Counted from the first letter of the stretch, positions 32,195-42,300 are shown. The stretch is DNA of 64,000 bases from Deltaproteobacteria bacterium (GCA_016218805.1 JACRCW010000080.1:62001-126000), one strand, 5' to 3'. The notes: generated by a model not told the origin, from the sequence alone. Made by a program: numbers and translations.

Positions 32195-35100
32195 TCAGGA
32201 CTGCCGCCGGCGCCGGACCAGCATCCGCAGGCCGAAGGCGGTCCGGTAGATGGCGGGCAGCACCAGCAGCGTCAGCGCCGTGGACGAGACCAGGCCACCG
32301 ATCACCACGGTGGCGAGCGGCCGCTGCACTTCCGAACCCGGCGCGGTGGAGACCGCCATAGGCATGAACCCCAGCGCGGCCACCGCCGCGGTCATGAGCA
32401 CCGGGCGCAGGCGCAACGTCGCCGCTGCGGTGATGGCCTCGTTGGCCTGCGTTCCCGCAAGCTCCAGGCGCCGCGCAAACGTCACCAACACCAGCCCGTT
32501 GAGCACCGCCACGCCGGACAGCGCAATGAACCCAACGCCCGCTGAGATGCTGAACGGGAGGCCGCGGACCAGCAACGCCAGCACGCCGCCGACGACGGAG
32601 AACGGAATGGCGCTGAAGATGAGGAGCGCGGGTGCCACGGCACGGAACGCCATCCACAGCAGCAGCAGGATCAGCGCCAAGCTGAGTGGCACGGCCACCG
32701 CCAGGCGGCCGCGCGCTTCAAGAAACGACTGGAATTGCCCACCCCACTCCACGCGGTAGCCGGTTGGCAGACGGAGCGCGGCCGTGCGCGACCGCGCGTC
32801 CTCCACGGTGGAAAGCAGGTCACGGTCCCGGACGTTGAACTCCACCGTCAGGCGCCGGGACTGCTGTTCGCGGCTCACCTGCGCCGGGCCGTCTTCAAAA
32901 CGGACGCTGGCCACGTCCCCCAGCGGCACCATCTGCCCGCTGGCGGAGCGCAGCGGCAATGACCGGATGGCGTCCAGCTCGCCGGTGAACGTGTGACCGA
33001 TGCGCAGCACCAGTTCAAAGCGGCGCTCGCCCTCATACACGGTACCCGCGCGGTGGCCGACCGCCAGGCTCTCCGTGAGCAGGTTGATGTCCTCCACCGT
33101 CAGGCCGTAGCGCGCCAGCCGGGGGCGATCAGGATCCACGCGTAGATACCGCAAGCCAGCAACCTGCTCGGCCCGCACGTCCACCGCGCCTCTGACCCCG
33201 CCGAGCACGGCCACCAACTGCTCGCCGATTGTCTTGAGCACGTCGAGATCAGGCCCGTATACGAACGCGGCCACGTCCGAGCGCACGCCCTCCATGAGTT
33301 CATTGGTGCGCATTTCAATGGGCTGCGAGAGGCCCACGGCGACTTCGGGGACGTGCTCCTCCAGCAGTTCGGCCGCCTCCTGGGCGATGGATTCCTTGGT
33401 GACGCCGGGCCGCCAGTCGTCCCGCGCCTTGAGAATCACGTAGTTGTCAGACTGTTCCAGCCCCATGGGATCCGTGGCCAGCTCCGGTGCGCCCGCGCGG
33501 CTGACGACGTGGAGCACCTCCGGAATGCGGGCCAGCGCCCGCTGCATCCGTGAGTCGGTGGCCACCGTTTCGGAGAGCGCCACGCCGGGGAGACGCCGGG
33601 CCTCCACCAACAGGTCCCCCTCATCCAGCGTGGGCACAAACTCCGCGCCCAGCCGCCCGAACAGGACCACCGTGGCCACCACCGCAGCGAGCGCAACCGC
33701 CACCGTGGCGCGGTGAAACCGCGTGACCAGCCGCAGCAGGCGGTCATAGGCGGCCACCGCGGCGCGCATCAGGAGCGTGGGCCGCTCGTTCTCCTCGGGC
33801 ACCAGCACCAGCGACGCGAGCACCGGCACCACCGTCAGGGAGAGGATGAACGCGCCCGTGAGCGCCAGCAACACGGTGGTGGCCATGGGACGGAACAGTT
33901 TCCCCTCGGTACCGCCGAGCACGAGGATGGGCACGTAGACAATGGCGATGATCATCTCGCCGAACACGGTGGCGCTGCGCACCTCCAGCGTGGACTCGCG
34001 CACGGTGTCCAGCCGCTCGTCCGGCGTCAGCATCCGCCCCAGGCGCTGCCGCATTTCGCCGAGGCGACGCACGGCGTTCTCCACGATGATGACGGCCCCG
34101 TCCACCACCAGCCCAAAGTCGATGGCGCCCAGGCTCATCAGGTTCCCGGAATCCCCGCGCACGCGCATCATCACCAGCGCGAACAGCAGTGCCAGCGGGA
34201 TGGTGACCGCCGCCACCAGGCCGGCGCGCAGGCCACCCAGCAGCAGGAACAACACCGCAATGACCAGGCACGCGCCCTCCAGCAGGTTGACGGCCACGGT
34301 GCGGATGGTCCGGTTCACCAGCACCGAGCGGTCATAGAACGGCTGCACGATCACCCCCGCCGGCAGCGACGGCGCCAGCTCGGCGAGCCGCTGCTTCACG
34401 GCCTCCGTCACCGTGCGGCTGTTTTCGCCCATGAGCATCATGGCCACGCCCACCACCACCTCCCCCTGGCCGTCCATGGAAGCGGCCCCGTGGCGCAGCC
34501 GCGGCCCCAGCCGCACGTCCGCCACCTGGCTCAGCAGGATGGGCGCCCCCAACGACGTGGCGCCAATGACGACGTTCTGCAGGTCCTGCAGGCTGGTCAC
34601 CAGGCCGCTGCTGCCGATGACGAAGTGTTCGCGCTGGTGCTCGATGTAACCACCACCGGCGTTGGCGTTGCTCTTCTCCAGCGCCGAATCCACGTCCTGG
34701 AGTGACAACCCCAGCGACTGCAGCCGGGCCGGGTCCACGATCACCTGGTACTGCTTGTTCTCGCCGCCGAAGCTGTTGGCCTCCACGACGCCGGGGACCA
34801 TGCGGAGCTGCGGCCCGATGTACCAGTCCAGCAACTCCTCCAGCTCCATCAGCAAGTGTCCCTCGCCGCGCACGACGAACTGGAACACCTCGCCCATGCC
34901 GGTGGTGATGGGACCCATCTCCGGGCGGCCGTAGCGCGGCGGCACGGCGTCCTCCGCCTCCTTCATGCGCTCCATCACCAGCTGCCGCGCGAAGTAGATG
35001 TCCGTCTCATCCGTGAACACCACGGTCACCACGGACAGGCCGCCCTTGGAGACCGACCGCACCTGCGTCAGCCGCGGGAGGCCGGCCATGGCCCGTTCCA

Positions 35101-35311
35101 CCGGCACGGTCACGTACTGCTCCACCTCAATGGGTGACAGGGCGGGCGCGGCGGTGATGATTGCCACCTGCACGTTGGTGACGTCCGGGACCGCGTCAAT
35201 AGGCAGGCGGCGCGCGCTGTCCAGGCCCAGCAGCGCGAACAACACGGTGGCCGCCAGGACCACGGGCCGGTTGTTCAACGCCCAACGCACCAGCGCGGAG
35301 AGCAGCGCCAT
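32195..35311 (-). CDS. czcA: Heavy-metal efflux RND transporter, CzcA/CusA family
   Basis: LPIDAVPDVTNVQV, NLMSLGAIDFGLVVDGAVIIVEN, EGKLFRPMA, RLRPVLMTA and GSEVQRPLATVVIGG. Confidence 0.95.
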   Translation of the reverse strand: MALLSALVRWALNNRPVVLAATVLFALLGLDSARRLPIDAVPDVTNVQVAIITAAPALSPIEVEQYVTVPVERAMAGLPRLTQVRSVSKGGLSVVTVVFTDETDIYFARQLVMERMKEAEDAVPPRYGRPEMGPITTGMGEVFQFVVRGEGHLLMELEELLDWYIGPQLRMVPGVVEANSFGGENKQYQVIVDPARLQSLGLSLQDVDSALEKSNANAGGGYIEHQREHFVIGSSGLVTSLQDLQNVVIGATSLGAPILLSQVADVRLGPRLRHGAASMDGQGEVVVGVAMMLMGENSRTVTEAVKQRLAELAPSLPAGVIVQPFYDRSVLVNRTIRTVAVNLLEGACLVIAVLFLLLGGLRAGLVAAVTIPLALLFALVMMRVRGDSGNLMSLGAIDFGLVVDGAVIIVENAVRRLGEMRQRLGRMLTPDERLDTVRESTLEVRSATVFGEMIIAIVYVPILVLGGTEGKLFRPMATTVLLALTGAFILSLTVVPVLASLVLVPEENERPTLLMRAAVAAYDRLLRLVTRFHRATVAVALAAVVATVVLFGRLGAEFVPTLDEGDLLVEARRLPGVALSETVATDSRMQRALARIPEVLHVVSRAGAPELATDPMGLEQSDNYVILKARDDWRPGVTKESIAQEAAELLEEHVPEVAVGLSQPIEMRTNELMEGVRSDVAAFVYGPDLDVLKTIGEQLVAVLGGVRGAVDVRAEQVAGLRYLRVDPDRPRLARYGLTVEDINLLTESLAVGHRAGTVYEGERRFELVLRIGHTFTGELDAIRSLPLRSASGQMVPLGDVASVRFEDGPAQVSREQQSRRLTVEFNVRDRDLLSTVEDARSRTAALRLPTGYRVEWGGQFQSFLEARGRLAVAVPLSLALILLLLWMAFRAVAPALLIFSAIPFSVVGGVLALLVRGLPFSISAGVGFIALSGVAVLNGLVLVTFARRLELAGTQANEAITAAATLRLRPVLMTAAVAALGFMPMAVSTAPGSEVQRPLATVVIGGLVSSTALTLLVLPAIYRTAFGLRMLVRRRRQS

Positions 35312-36552
35312 CACTCCTCCTCGCCGAAGGTGCTCTTGAGCACAAGGCTCTTGAGCGAGAACACACCCTCCACGACGACGGTCTCACCCGCGCGGAGGCC
35401 CTCGATGATCTCCACGCGGCCCGCGGCGCTCTGCCCGAGCGTCACGGGATGCACTTCGTAGTCACCGCCGGGATGCGCCACGAACACCACGTCCCGCCCG
35501 GCCACGCGCGTCACGGCGGACAGCGGCACGGCGAGCACCTGCGGTCCGGCCGCTGGCCGATCAACCACAATCCGCGCCGTCCCGAACAGGCCGAGCTTGA
35601 GCAGGTCACCGCGGTTGGTCAGCGCAATGCGCGCCACAAAGGTGCGCGCCGTGGGATCCACCTGGTGGCCCACCGCCTCCACCCTTCCGGCGAAGACCTC
35701 CGACGGGTACGCGTTGAGCCGCACGTCCGCGGCGCGCCCGGGCTGCACGTCCGCCAGGTTCTTTTCAAACAGGCGCCCCTGGAAGAACACGCGTTGCATG
35801 TCCACCACGGTGGCCAGGACATGATCGGGCGCCACGCCCTGCCCCAGCACCGCGTCCCGCGCCACCACGCGTCCCGAGATGGGCGCGGCCACGTATGCCA
35901 ACGCCGCCTCCTCCGGGGCCTGCGCGCGCACCGCGCCAAACGCACCGAGCACCTGGCGTGCGGCCAGCGCGTCCGCCTCCAGCGCCGTCGCATCACTTTC
36001 TGCAACAGCAACCTGCTGGACCGGCACCAGGCCTTCGCGGAATGCGGCCGCCGCGCGTTCGGCGCTGGCACGCGCCCCGCGCGCGCGCGCGTCCGCGCTG
36101 GTCCATGCCGCGCGGGCTCGTGCCAACTCGGCCGATTCAAGCACCACCAGCACCGCGCCCTGTTTCACCAGGTCGCCCTCGCGGAAGCGCACCTCGCGCA
36201 CGCGCGCGGCCACCCGCGCCGTCACGCGGGCCACGTGGTCCGGGTCCGCCATCACTTCGCCGGTGATGTCCACGGTGGGACCCAACTGCCCGGCGGTGAC
36301 GGGCTCCGTGCGGACCGCCGCCTCGTCGTGCGCGGCCGCGGAAAGGCGTACGCGCGTGGGCAGGCCCTCGTGCTCATCCGCGTGTTTGCCGTCATGCGCT
36401 GCCGGCGGTGCTGCGGGCGCAACCGGCGCGCTGGGCGCATCCACCGCACGCGGGCAGGCGCTCAGCACCACGGCGGCCAGCAGCGCACGCGCTCCTACCC
36501 GTTGCTGCGAGCGGTCGAGCCACACCACGTGGCACCTACGGGTCGCGCTCAT
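35311..36552 (-). CDS. czcB: RND periplasmic adaptor (CzcB-like)
   Basis: His-containing N-terminus, biotinyl-lipoyl-like GDLVKQGAVL, APISGRV, VDPTART and GLRAGETVV. Coupled to czcA. Confidence 0.9.
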   Translation of the reverse strand: MSATRRCHVVWLDRSQQRVGARALLAAVVLSACPRAVDAPSAPVAPAAPPAAHDGKHADEHEGLPTRVRLSAAAHDEAAVRTEPVTAGQLGPTVDITGEVMADPDHVARVTARVAARVREVRFREGDLVKQGAVLVVLESAELARARAAWTSADARARGARASAERAAAAFREGLVPVQQVAVAESDATALEADALAARQVLGAFGAVRAQAPEEAALAYVAAPISGRVVARDAVLGQGVAPDHVLATVVDMQRVFFQGRLFEKNLADVQPGRAADVRLNAYPSEVFAGRVEAVGHQVDPTARTFVARIALTNRGDLLKLGLFGTARIVVDRPAAGPQVLAVPLSAVTRVAGRDVVFVAHPGGDYEVHPVTLGQSAAGRVEIIEGLRAGETVVVEGVFSLKSLVLKSTFGEEE

Positions 36553-37808
36553 GGAAATCCCCCCATCGCCGCGTCCAGCCAGACCCGCGCCAGGGCTTCC
36601 TGGAGATCCAGGTCCAGTGACGCCCGGCGCGCCTGGATGAGCCGGCGCTGCACGCCCAGCACGGTGTTGAGATCCACAACGCGCAGCGCGTAGTTGCGCT
36701 CAAGCCGCGCCAGCAGCTCCGCACCCTCCGCACTCTCCGCGGGTCGCGCATCCCTGGCCTCGCGTATGCGTGAAAGCAGCGCATGCGCCGCGCGCACCTG
36801 TGCCTCCGCGCCCCGGCGCGCCTGTTCCTCCTCGTCAGCAAGCCCGGCCGCGCGGGCGCGCGCGCGTCCTTCCTCTCCCTGACCGCGCGCAAACACCGGC
36901 AGCGGGAAGGTCACCTGCGCCATCAGCACGTGCTGCGGGGCCGGTGCCTGGTGCTGGAACTCGTATTGCGCGCCCAGCACCGGCGTGGGGAACGCGTCCG
37001 CGTGCGCAAGGTTCGCCTGCCGCAGCGCCGCCAACCGCTCCGCCCGCAGACCCTGGATGTCCGCACGCTCCGCCACGCGGCGCAGTGCCGGTTCCAGCGG
37101 CGGCAACGGCGCGTGCTGTGCCAGCTCCCCGTCCACGCTGTCATACGCGTCCGGCGGCAGACCGAGATACGCGAGCAACTCCGTGCGCAGGCGCAGCGCG
37201 TTGATCTCCGCAGACAACGCCACCTGGGATGTTTCCTCCACTTCCAACCGCGCCAGGTCCACCTCCAGCGCCGAGCCCAGACCCGCATCACGCAGGCCGT
37301 GTGCCGCCGCCTGGAAGCGCCGGGCCAGGTCCACGGATGCGTGCGCCACCTCCGCAAGACGCTGCGCGTGCAGCGCGCGGGCGAATGCGTCCGTGGCGAC
37401 GAGCATGGCCCGGCGCGTGGCGTCACCCTGGGCGTGTTCCCGGGCCTTGATCACCGCGTCCGCCGCGCCCACCCGCAATGACCGTTGGCCGGCAATCTCC
37501 ACGGGCACCTGCACAGACAGCGTGCCCGCGCCACCGACGCCCCACTCGCGTGGCCGCCATCCCTCGGGCTGACCGACGACGCCGGCGCCCCCGCTCACCG
37601 ACGGGTTGGTGGCGAACAGGGGCGTCGCTCCCGCCCGAGCGCCTTGCGCTTCGCGCAGCGCGGTGCGCGCGCTGAGCACGTCCGGCGCCTGTTGCCGGAC
37701 CAGTTGTTGAACCCGCGCGAGCGTGAGCCGCTCCGCGCCATGGACGGGATGGGCAGCGAGCGTGAGTGCCAACGCACCCACCGCGCTGCCCAGGACGGGC
37801 AATCGCAT
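36549..37808 (-). CDS. czcC: TolC-family outer-membrane factor (CzcC-like)
   Basis: Signal peptide, NPSVS, VPVEIAGQR, ERADIQ and FPLPVFARGQGE. ATGA overlap with czcB. Confidence 0.88.
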   Translation of the reverse strand: MRLPVLGSAVGALALTLAAHPVHGAERLTLARVQQLVRQQAPDVLSARTALREAQGARAGATPLFATNPSVSGGAGVVGQPEGWRPREWGVGGAGTLSVQVPVEIAGQRSLRVGAADAVIKAREHAQGDATRRAMLVATDAFARALHAQRLAEVAHASVDLARRFQAAAHGLRDAGLGSALEVDLARLEVEETSQVALSAEINALRLRTELLAYLGLPPDAYDSVDGELAQHAPLPPLEPALRRVAERADIQGLRAERLAALRQANLAHADAFPTPVLGAQYEFQHQAPAPQHVLMAQVTFPLPVFARGQGEEGRARARAAGLADEEEQARRGAEAQVRAAHALLSRIREARDARPAESAEGAELLARLERNYALRVVDLNTVLGVQRRLIQARRASLDLDLQEALARVWLDAAMGGFP

Positions 37809-37857
37809 GCAGACCTCCGGTGATGACGTGAAGTGCCGAGTGGCAGTGTTGCGGCGT

Positions 37858-38157
37858 TCACGCCCTCGGAGGATGGAAGATCCCGCCGGCGCGGTGGTCC
37901 GTGTGGGGGCTGCGCTCCGGCCACCACGCGCGGTTCGCGTGGGACAGGGGTTCGTGCGCCACGGTGACCTGCGCGCTGGTGATGCGCGTGGCGGTGAGGT
38001 TGCACGCGCACGACCCGCACAGCGGCGGACACGAGTCGCCGTCGCGATCATCCGGGCAGGCGGAGGTGCAGGTGTCGGCGTCGGTGACGAGCACAGCGGC
38101 CTGCGGCACGAGCCACAGGGACAGGACGGCCAGACAGAGTGTGCGCAGCCAGCGCAT
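37858..38157 (-). CDS. Small Cys-rich exported leader protein (CzcI/DUF2946-like) ending IFHPPRA
   Basis: Signal-like N-terminus, CTSAC...CPPLCGSCAC and C-terminal HPPR. RBS GAGG; TTGACC-N17-TACCCA upstream. Directly precedes czcC. Confidence 0.75.
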   Translation of the reverse strand: MRWLRTLCLAVLSLWLVPQAAVLVTDADTCTSACPDDRDGDSCPPLCGSCACNLTATRITSAQVTVAHEPLSHANRAWWPERSPHTDHRAGGIFHPPRA

Positions 38158-38215
38158 CAAGGACACCTCAGTCCGGTGGGTACCGGCGCGGGCAGACCGG
38201 GTCAAGCCGGAGCCC

Positions 38216-38746
38216 TCAGTGATGGCCTGTCGGATCGGGCGGCGCACTCGCGGTGAGACGTTGCCACGTGGGGTCGTCCACCACCCGCTGCTTCCATGCG
38301 GCATGACACCCCGTGCAGGTCTGCAGCGTGGCCCCGAGCTCCACGAGAACGCGTCCCCGGTTCCGCTCCCGTGCCGCGGCGGCGATGCCATCCGCCGTCC
38401 GGTGAAACGTCAGCGCCTGCTCCGTGAATCCCGGGGCACCCGCGCCCATGTGCGTGCACATCTGCGCCATTTGCTGCGAGTACCCGATCCGCCCCGCCGC
38501 CTTCTCAATCGCAGCGAAATCATCCGCGGCAACGGCGGCGACGATCTCCTGCACCGCCAGCAGGTGATCGCGCATGTTCTGTTTCTGGTGGTTGGCCATC
38601 ATGGGCAGGAGCGGCACCGCGGTGCGCGTGTCCATCTGGTCCAACGCGTCCGCGGGAGACGGCGCCGCCGGTGCGGGCGCAGGCGTTGCTTCGCGCGCGC
38701 AGGCGGTGAGGAAGGCAAGGGCGCCGAGGACACGCATGGCAATCAT
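38216..38746 (-). CDS. Monoheme cytochrome c'-like lipoprotein
   Basis: Lipobox FLTAC, helical body and C-terminal CTGCH heme motif. RBS GGAG. Confidence 0.8.
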   Translation of the reverse strand: MIAMRVLGALAFLTACAREATPAPAPAAPSPADALDQMDTRTAVPLLPMMANHQKQNMRDHLLAVQEIVAAVAADDFAAIEKAAGRIGYSQQMAQMCTHMGAGAPGFTEQALTFHRTADGIAAAARERNRGRVLVELGATLQTCTGCHAAWKQRVVDDPTWQRLTASAPPDPTGHH

Positions 38747-38780
38747 GGGGATCTCCGTTCCGCTGACGGCCGTGGCGACG

Positions 38781-39932
38781 TCAGAACCTCCGCCGCAGCC
38801 AGTCCTTCTCAAACAGTACCTTCGCGGCATGCCAGTGGCGACCCGGCGCGTGCATCTTCATCTGCGGCGTGGGCTCCGCGTAGAAGTTCCCTTCGCCAAA
38901 GCCTGCCTTGCCATCCCCGGTCTCAATGAAGCACTCGCCGTGTCCTTCAAACGCCGCCGGTTTGCCCTTGCCGGTGATGCTCCGCGCGATGTTCCCCGCG
39001 ACCACCTCCGCTTCACCGTGTGCGAACACGCCGGCCTTGGGCAGCGGCTTGCCGAGCTTCAACGGAATGGCGACGACGTCACCGAGCGCGTACACACCGG
39101 GGTGCCGGGTCTCCAGCGTGTGGCGGTCCACCTGCACCCAGCCGCTGTCCGCCACCAGGCCCGCGTCACGCACCACCGCCGGCACGCGATGCGGCGGCAC
39201 ATACGCCAACAGGTCAAACACCGCCTCCGCGCCGCTGGCGAACTTCAACCGCTTGCCCACGACGTCGACCTCCGTGACCTGGTGCTCCGGGTGGTAGGTG
39301 ACCCCCTTGGCCTCCACCATCCCCCGCACCGCCTTGGACACCTCGGGGCCGGCCACACCCATCGGCCCGGCCTCCGCGGCGAACAGGTCCAGCTGCGTCG
39401 CATCACGGATCTTCCGCTTGCGGCACGCGGCCTCCAGCAGCATGGCCGCTTCGTACGGCGCCGCCGGGCACTTGTACGCGGGCGCGGCGGTCAGCACGAC
39501 AATCCGGCCACCGGTAAAACCTTCAAAGGCGTCCCGCAGCGCCGCGGCGCCAGCGAGCGTGTAGAAGTTGTGCCCCGCCTCCTTGAGGCCGGGCACGGTC
39601 TCCGGTGCCAGGTCTGCGCCCAGCGCGATGACCAGGTGATCCGCGGCCAGCGTGCGCCCGTCCACGACGACCTCGCGGTTTGCGGCGTCAATGCGCTGGA
39701 TCTCACCGCGGATCACTTCCACGCCGCGCCGTTCCAGCAGCGCCAGCGGGCGCGAGATCTTCTCCGCGGTCCGGTCACCCGTCATCAACCACAGCAGGGA
39801 CGGCGCAAACACCGAACGCGCCTCGCGGTCCACGAGCACCACTCGGTGCTCCTTGGGGAGCGCCTTGCGGAGCGCGTTGGCCGCCACCACGCCCCCCACC
39901 CCACCACCGAGAATGAGAACTGTCTGGTTCAT
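38781..39932 (-). CDS. Sulfide:quinone oxidoreductase-like FAD flavoprotein
   Basis: ILGGGVGG, YKCPAAPYE, VYALGD, PKAGVFA and ECFIETG (two SQR-type cysteines). Confidence 0.85.
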   Translation of the reverse strand: MNQTVLILGGGVGGVVAANALRKALPKEHRVVLVDREARSVFAPSLLWLMTGDRTAEKISRPLALLERRGVEVIRGEIQRIDAANREVVVDGRTLAADHLVIALGADLAPETVPGLKEAGHNFYTLAGAAALRDAFEGFTGGRIVVLTAAPAYKCPAAPYEAAMLLEAACRKRKIRDATQLDLFAAEAGPMGVAGPEVSKAVRGMVEAKGVTYHPEHQVTEVDVVGKRLKFASGAEAVFDLLAYVPPHRVPAVVRDAGLVADSGWVQVDRHTLETRHPGVYALGDVVAIPLKLGKPLPKAGVFAHGEAEVVAGNIARSITGKGKPAAFEGHGECFIETGDGKAGFGEGNFYAEPTPQMKMHAPGRHWHAAKVLFEKDWLRRRF

Positions 39933-39953
39933 GTTGATCGCTCCCGTTCAGAA

Positions 39954-40307
39954 TCAGAACACCAGGACCTTCGCGCTCGCGGCGGTCAGCTCGGTGAGCT
40001 CGTCCAGCGTGCTGCGCTGGCAGCCCTCCAGGACCTCAGTCTCCTTCAGCGCGCGCGCATCCATGCACGTGCCGCACAACAGGACGCGGCCCTTGCGGCT
40101 CAGTACGCCTTTCAGCATGCGCTCCAGGTTGTAGTAGCCGTTGGGCGTTTGCTGCCCCGCCTTGGCGGCGGCCACGGCGTCCCCCATGAGGAACACGGTC
40201 AGCGCCAGCGTGTCGTTCTTGGTCAGCAGGTTCAGCGCCAGGCGCAGACCGTTGTAGGTCCGCTCGGTGCCGTAGGGCGGGTCGTTGAGGATCATCAGGA
40301 TGCTCAT
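39954..40307 (-). CDS. DsrE/YchN-family sulfur-relay protein
   Basis: ILNDPPYGTER.YNGLRLA, FLMGDAV and CGTCMDAR. Confidence 0.92.
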   Translation of the reverse strand: MSILMILNDPPYGTERTYNGLRLALNLLTKNDTLALTVFLMGDAVAAAKAGQQTPNGYYNLERMLKGVLSRKGRVLLCGTCMDARALKETEVLEGCQRSTLDELTELTAASAKVLVF

Positions 40308-41005
40308 GTGCGCTTCTCCGTTGTGCGTCGTCGTGTGGCAGGCACGCCGGCCTCCACGGGGAGACCGGCCTGGTTCCATTCGGGGTAGCCGTCTTTCAGG
40401 CGGACCGCGTCACGGCCGCGCCGGCGCAACATGCGAACCGCCTCCGCAGCCAGCACGCAGTAGGGGCCGCGACAGTACGCGACCACGCGCTTGCCGGTCG
40501 GCAACTCGGCCAGGCGGCGCTCCAGTTCGCCCAGCGGGATGGACAGCGCGCCCGCAATGTGGCCGGCGGCGTATTCAACCCGCGGCCGCACGTCGATGAC
40601 GACGACTTCGCGACCGCGCGCGCGCCGCAACAGTTCCACGCGCTCCACCGGTTCCAGACCATCCGCGTCGCCAAAGTAGTCGTCCACCAGGCGGCCCACC
40701 TCGGCCAGGCGGGCCTCCGCCAACTCCTGCAACGCCCGGTAGCCCCGGGAAACCAGCGGGTCAGCCAGCCGGTAGAACACCTGCAGCCCGTCCTTGCGCG
40801 ACGCCACCAGGTTGGCGCCCTTGAGCACCTGCAGGTGCCGTGACGTGTTGGCCACCGTGGAGCCGGTCTCCGCGGCCAGCGCTTCCACGTGGCGCTCGCC
40901 CTGGGCCAGCACGTCAATGAGCTCAATGCGCTTGGGCGCGGAGAATGCCGCCGCCACCAGGGCAAACTGCTCAAACACCGCATCCTTGAACTCGCGTCCG
41001 CGCAT
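40304..41005 (-). CDS. ArsR-family regulator fused to a rhodanese domain
   Basis: ArsR HTH (PKRIELIDVL..GERHVE..NTSRHLQVL) plus rhodanese motifs IDVRP..EY.AGHI.GA.SIP and YCRGPYC. Confidence 0.93.
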   Translation of the reverse strand: MRGREFKDAVFEQFALVAAAFSAPKRIELIDVLAQGERHVEALAAETGSTVANTSRHLQVLKGANLVASRKDGLQVFYRLADPLVSRGYRALQELAEARLAEVGRLVDDYFGDADGLEPVERVELLRRARGREVVVIDVRPRVEYAAGHIAGALSIPLGELERRLAELPTGKRVVAYCRGPYCVLAAEAVRMLRRRGRDAVRLKDGYPEWNQAGLPVEAGVPATRRRTTEKRT

Positions 41006-41007
41006 GG

Positions 41008-41033
41008 ACTAATCAACTCCTCAATTGATTAGT
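41008..41033. promoter_or_regulatory. AT-rich inverted-repeat operator between the ArsR-rhodanese and PLP-lyase genes
   Basis: ACTAATCAA-N8-TTGATTAGT, perfect 9-bp arms, 2 nt from the ArsR start codon. Confidence 0.75.
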
Positions 41034-41076
41034 AGAGTACTCCCCACCGCGCGTCAACCGTGGTATCCACGCGCCC

Positions 41077-42258
41077 ATGACCACGCCCCCCACGCCCGGA
41101 TTGTCCACGCGTTGCATCCATGCCGGTGACCACCTTGATGAGCGGGGCGGGATCCACACGCCGCTGTACAACCATTCCACCTTTGCCTTCACCAGCACGC
41201 AGGGTGTGCTGGACGTCGTGGAGGGCCGCGCCAACGGCAACCTGTACACGCGCTATGGGCTGAACCCCACCATCCGCTCGGTGGAGGAGAAGCTTGCCAG
41301 CATTGAGGGGGGCGAGGCCGCCTGGGTGTTCAGCTCCGGGATGGCCGCCGAGGCGGCAACGCTGCTGAGCTGCTGCAAGACCGGCGACCACGTGGTCTGC
41401 ATTGGCGACGTCTACGGCGGCACCTATGAGCTGCTCGGCACCAACCTCCCGGACCTTGGCATCACCACCACGTTCCTGCTGGGGTCACAACTGGACCGCC
41501 TCCCCGAGGCGCTGAGGCCCAACACGCGCCTGGTGTTCTTTGAGACGCCCACCAATCCCAACATGGAAGTGCTGGACATCGCGGCCATCGCCGCCATTGC
41601 CCGGCGGCACGGGGTGCTCACCGTGGTGGACAACACGTTTGCCACGCCGGTGAACCAGGACCCGCTGGCGCTGGGCGCGGATCTCGTCGTGCACAGCACC
41701 ACCAAGTACCTGGGCGGGCACAGTGACCTCACCGGTGGCGCCGTCATCGGGTCCGCCAGACTGCTGCAGCCCATCTGGATGTGGCGCAAGAACCTGGGGC
41801 AGATGATGGCGCCGGAGGTGGCGTTCCTGCTGGCGCGCAGCCTGCGGACGCTGGTCATCCGCGTGCGTGCGCACAATGACGCCGCGGCCACGCTGGCGCG
41901 CCGGCTGGCGGAACACCCCCGCGTGGCAAGCGTGAACTACCCGGGGCTGACCACGCATCCGGGCCACGCCGTGGCGCGCGCCCAGATGAAGGGGTTCGGA
42001 GGCATGTTGAGCTTTGTTGTCCGCGGTGATGCCGCCGCCACCGCCGCCGTGGTGGACCGGCTCCGGTTGTTCGCCATTGCCCCCAGCCTGGGCGGCGTGG
42101 AGAGCCTGGTCACGCAACCCGTCACCACCACGCACCACGGGCTCACGCCGGAGGAGCGCGCACGGCGCGGCATTGTGGACGGGATGGTGCGCCTCTCCGT
42201 GGGCCTGGAGGACGTTGAAGACCTGTGGGCTGACCTGGAACAGGCGCTGGCGTCCTGA
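41077..42258 (+). CDS. Cys/Met metabolism PLP enzyme (cystathionine gamma-synthase/lyase family)
   Basis: YTRYGLNPT, FSSGMAA, FETPTNP, DNTFATP, HSTTKYLGGHSD and SLGGVESL. Confidence 0.93.
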   Translation: MTTPPTPGLSTRCIHAGDHLDERGGIHTPLYNHSTFAFTSTQGVLDVVEGRANGNLYTRYGLNPTIRSVEEKLASIEGGEAAWVFSSGMAAEAATLLSCCKTGDHVVCIGDVYGGTYELLGTNLPDLGITTTFLLGSQLDRLPEALRPNTRLVFFETPTNPNMEVLDIAAIAAIARRHGVLTVVDNTFATPVNQDPLALGADLVVHSTTKYLGGHSDLTGGAVIGSARLLQPIWMWRKNLGQMMAPEVAFLLARSLRTLVIRVRAHNDAAATLARRLAEHPRVASVNYPGLTTHPGHAVARAQMKGFGGMLSFVVRGDAAATAAVVDRLRLFAIAPSLGGVESLVTQPVTTTHHGLTPEERARRGIVDGMVRLSVGLEDVEDLWADLEQALAS

Positions 42259-42264
42259 TCCGGT

Positions 42265-42293
42265 TTGACCCCGCCTACTACGGGGCGTAGGAG
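42265..42293 (+). promoter_or_regulatory. Promoter of the blaI-like gene with overlapping BlaI-type operator
   Basis: TTGACC-N17-TAGGAG overlapped by TACTAC-N5-GTAGGA (42276-42292). Confidence 0.65.
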
Positions 42294-42300
42294 ACGGGGC

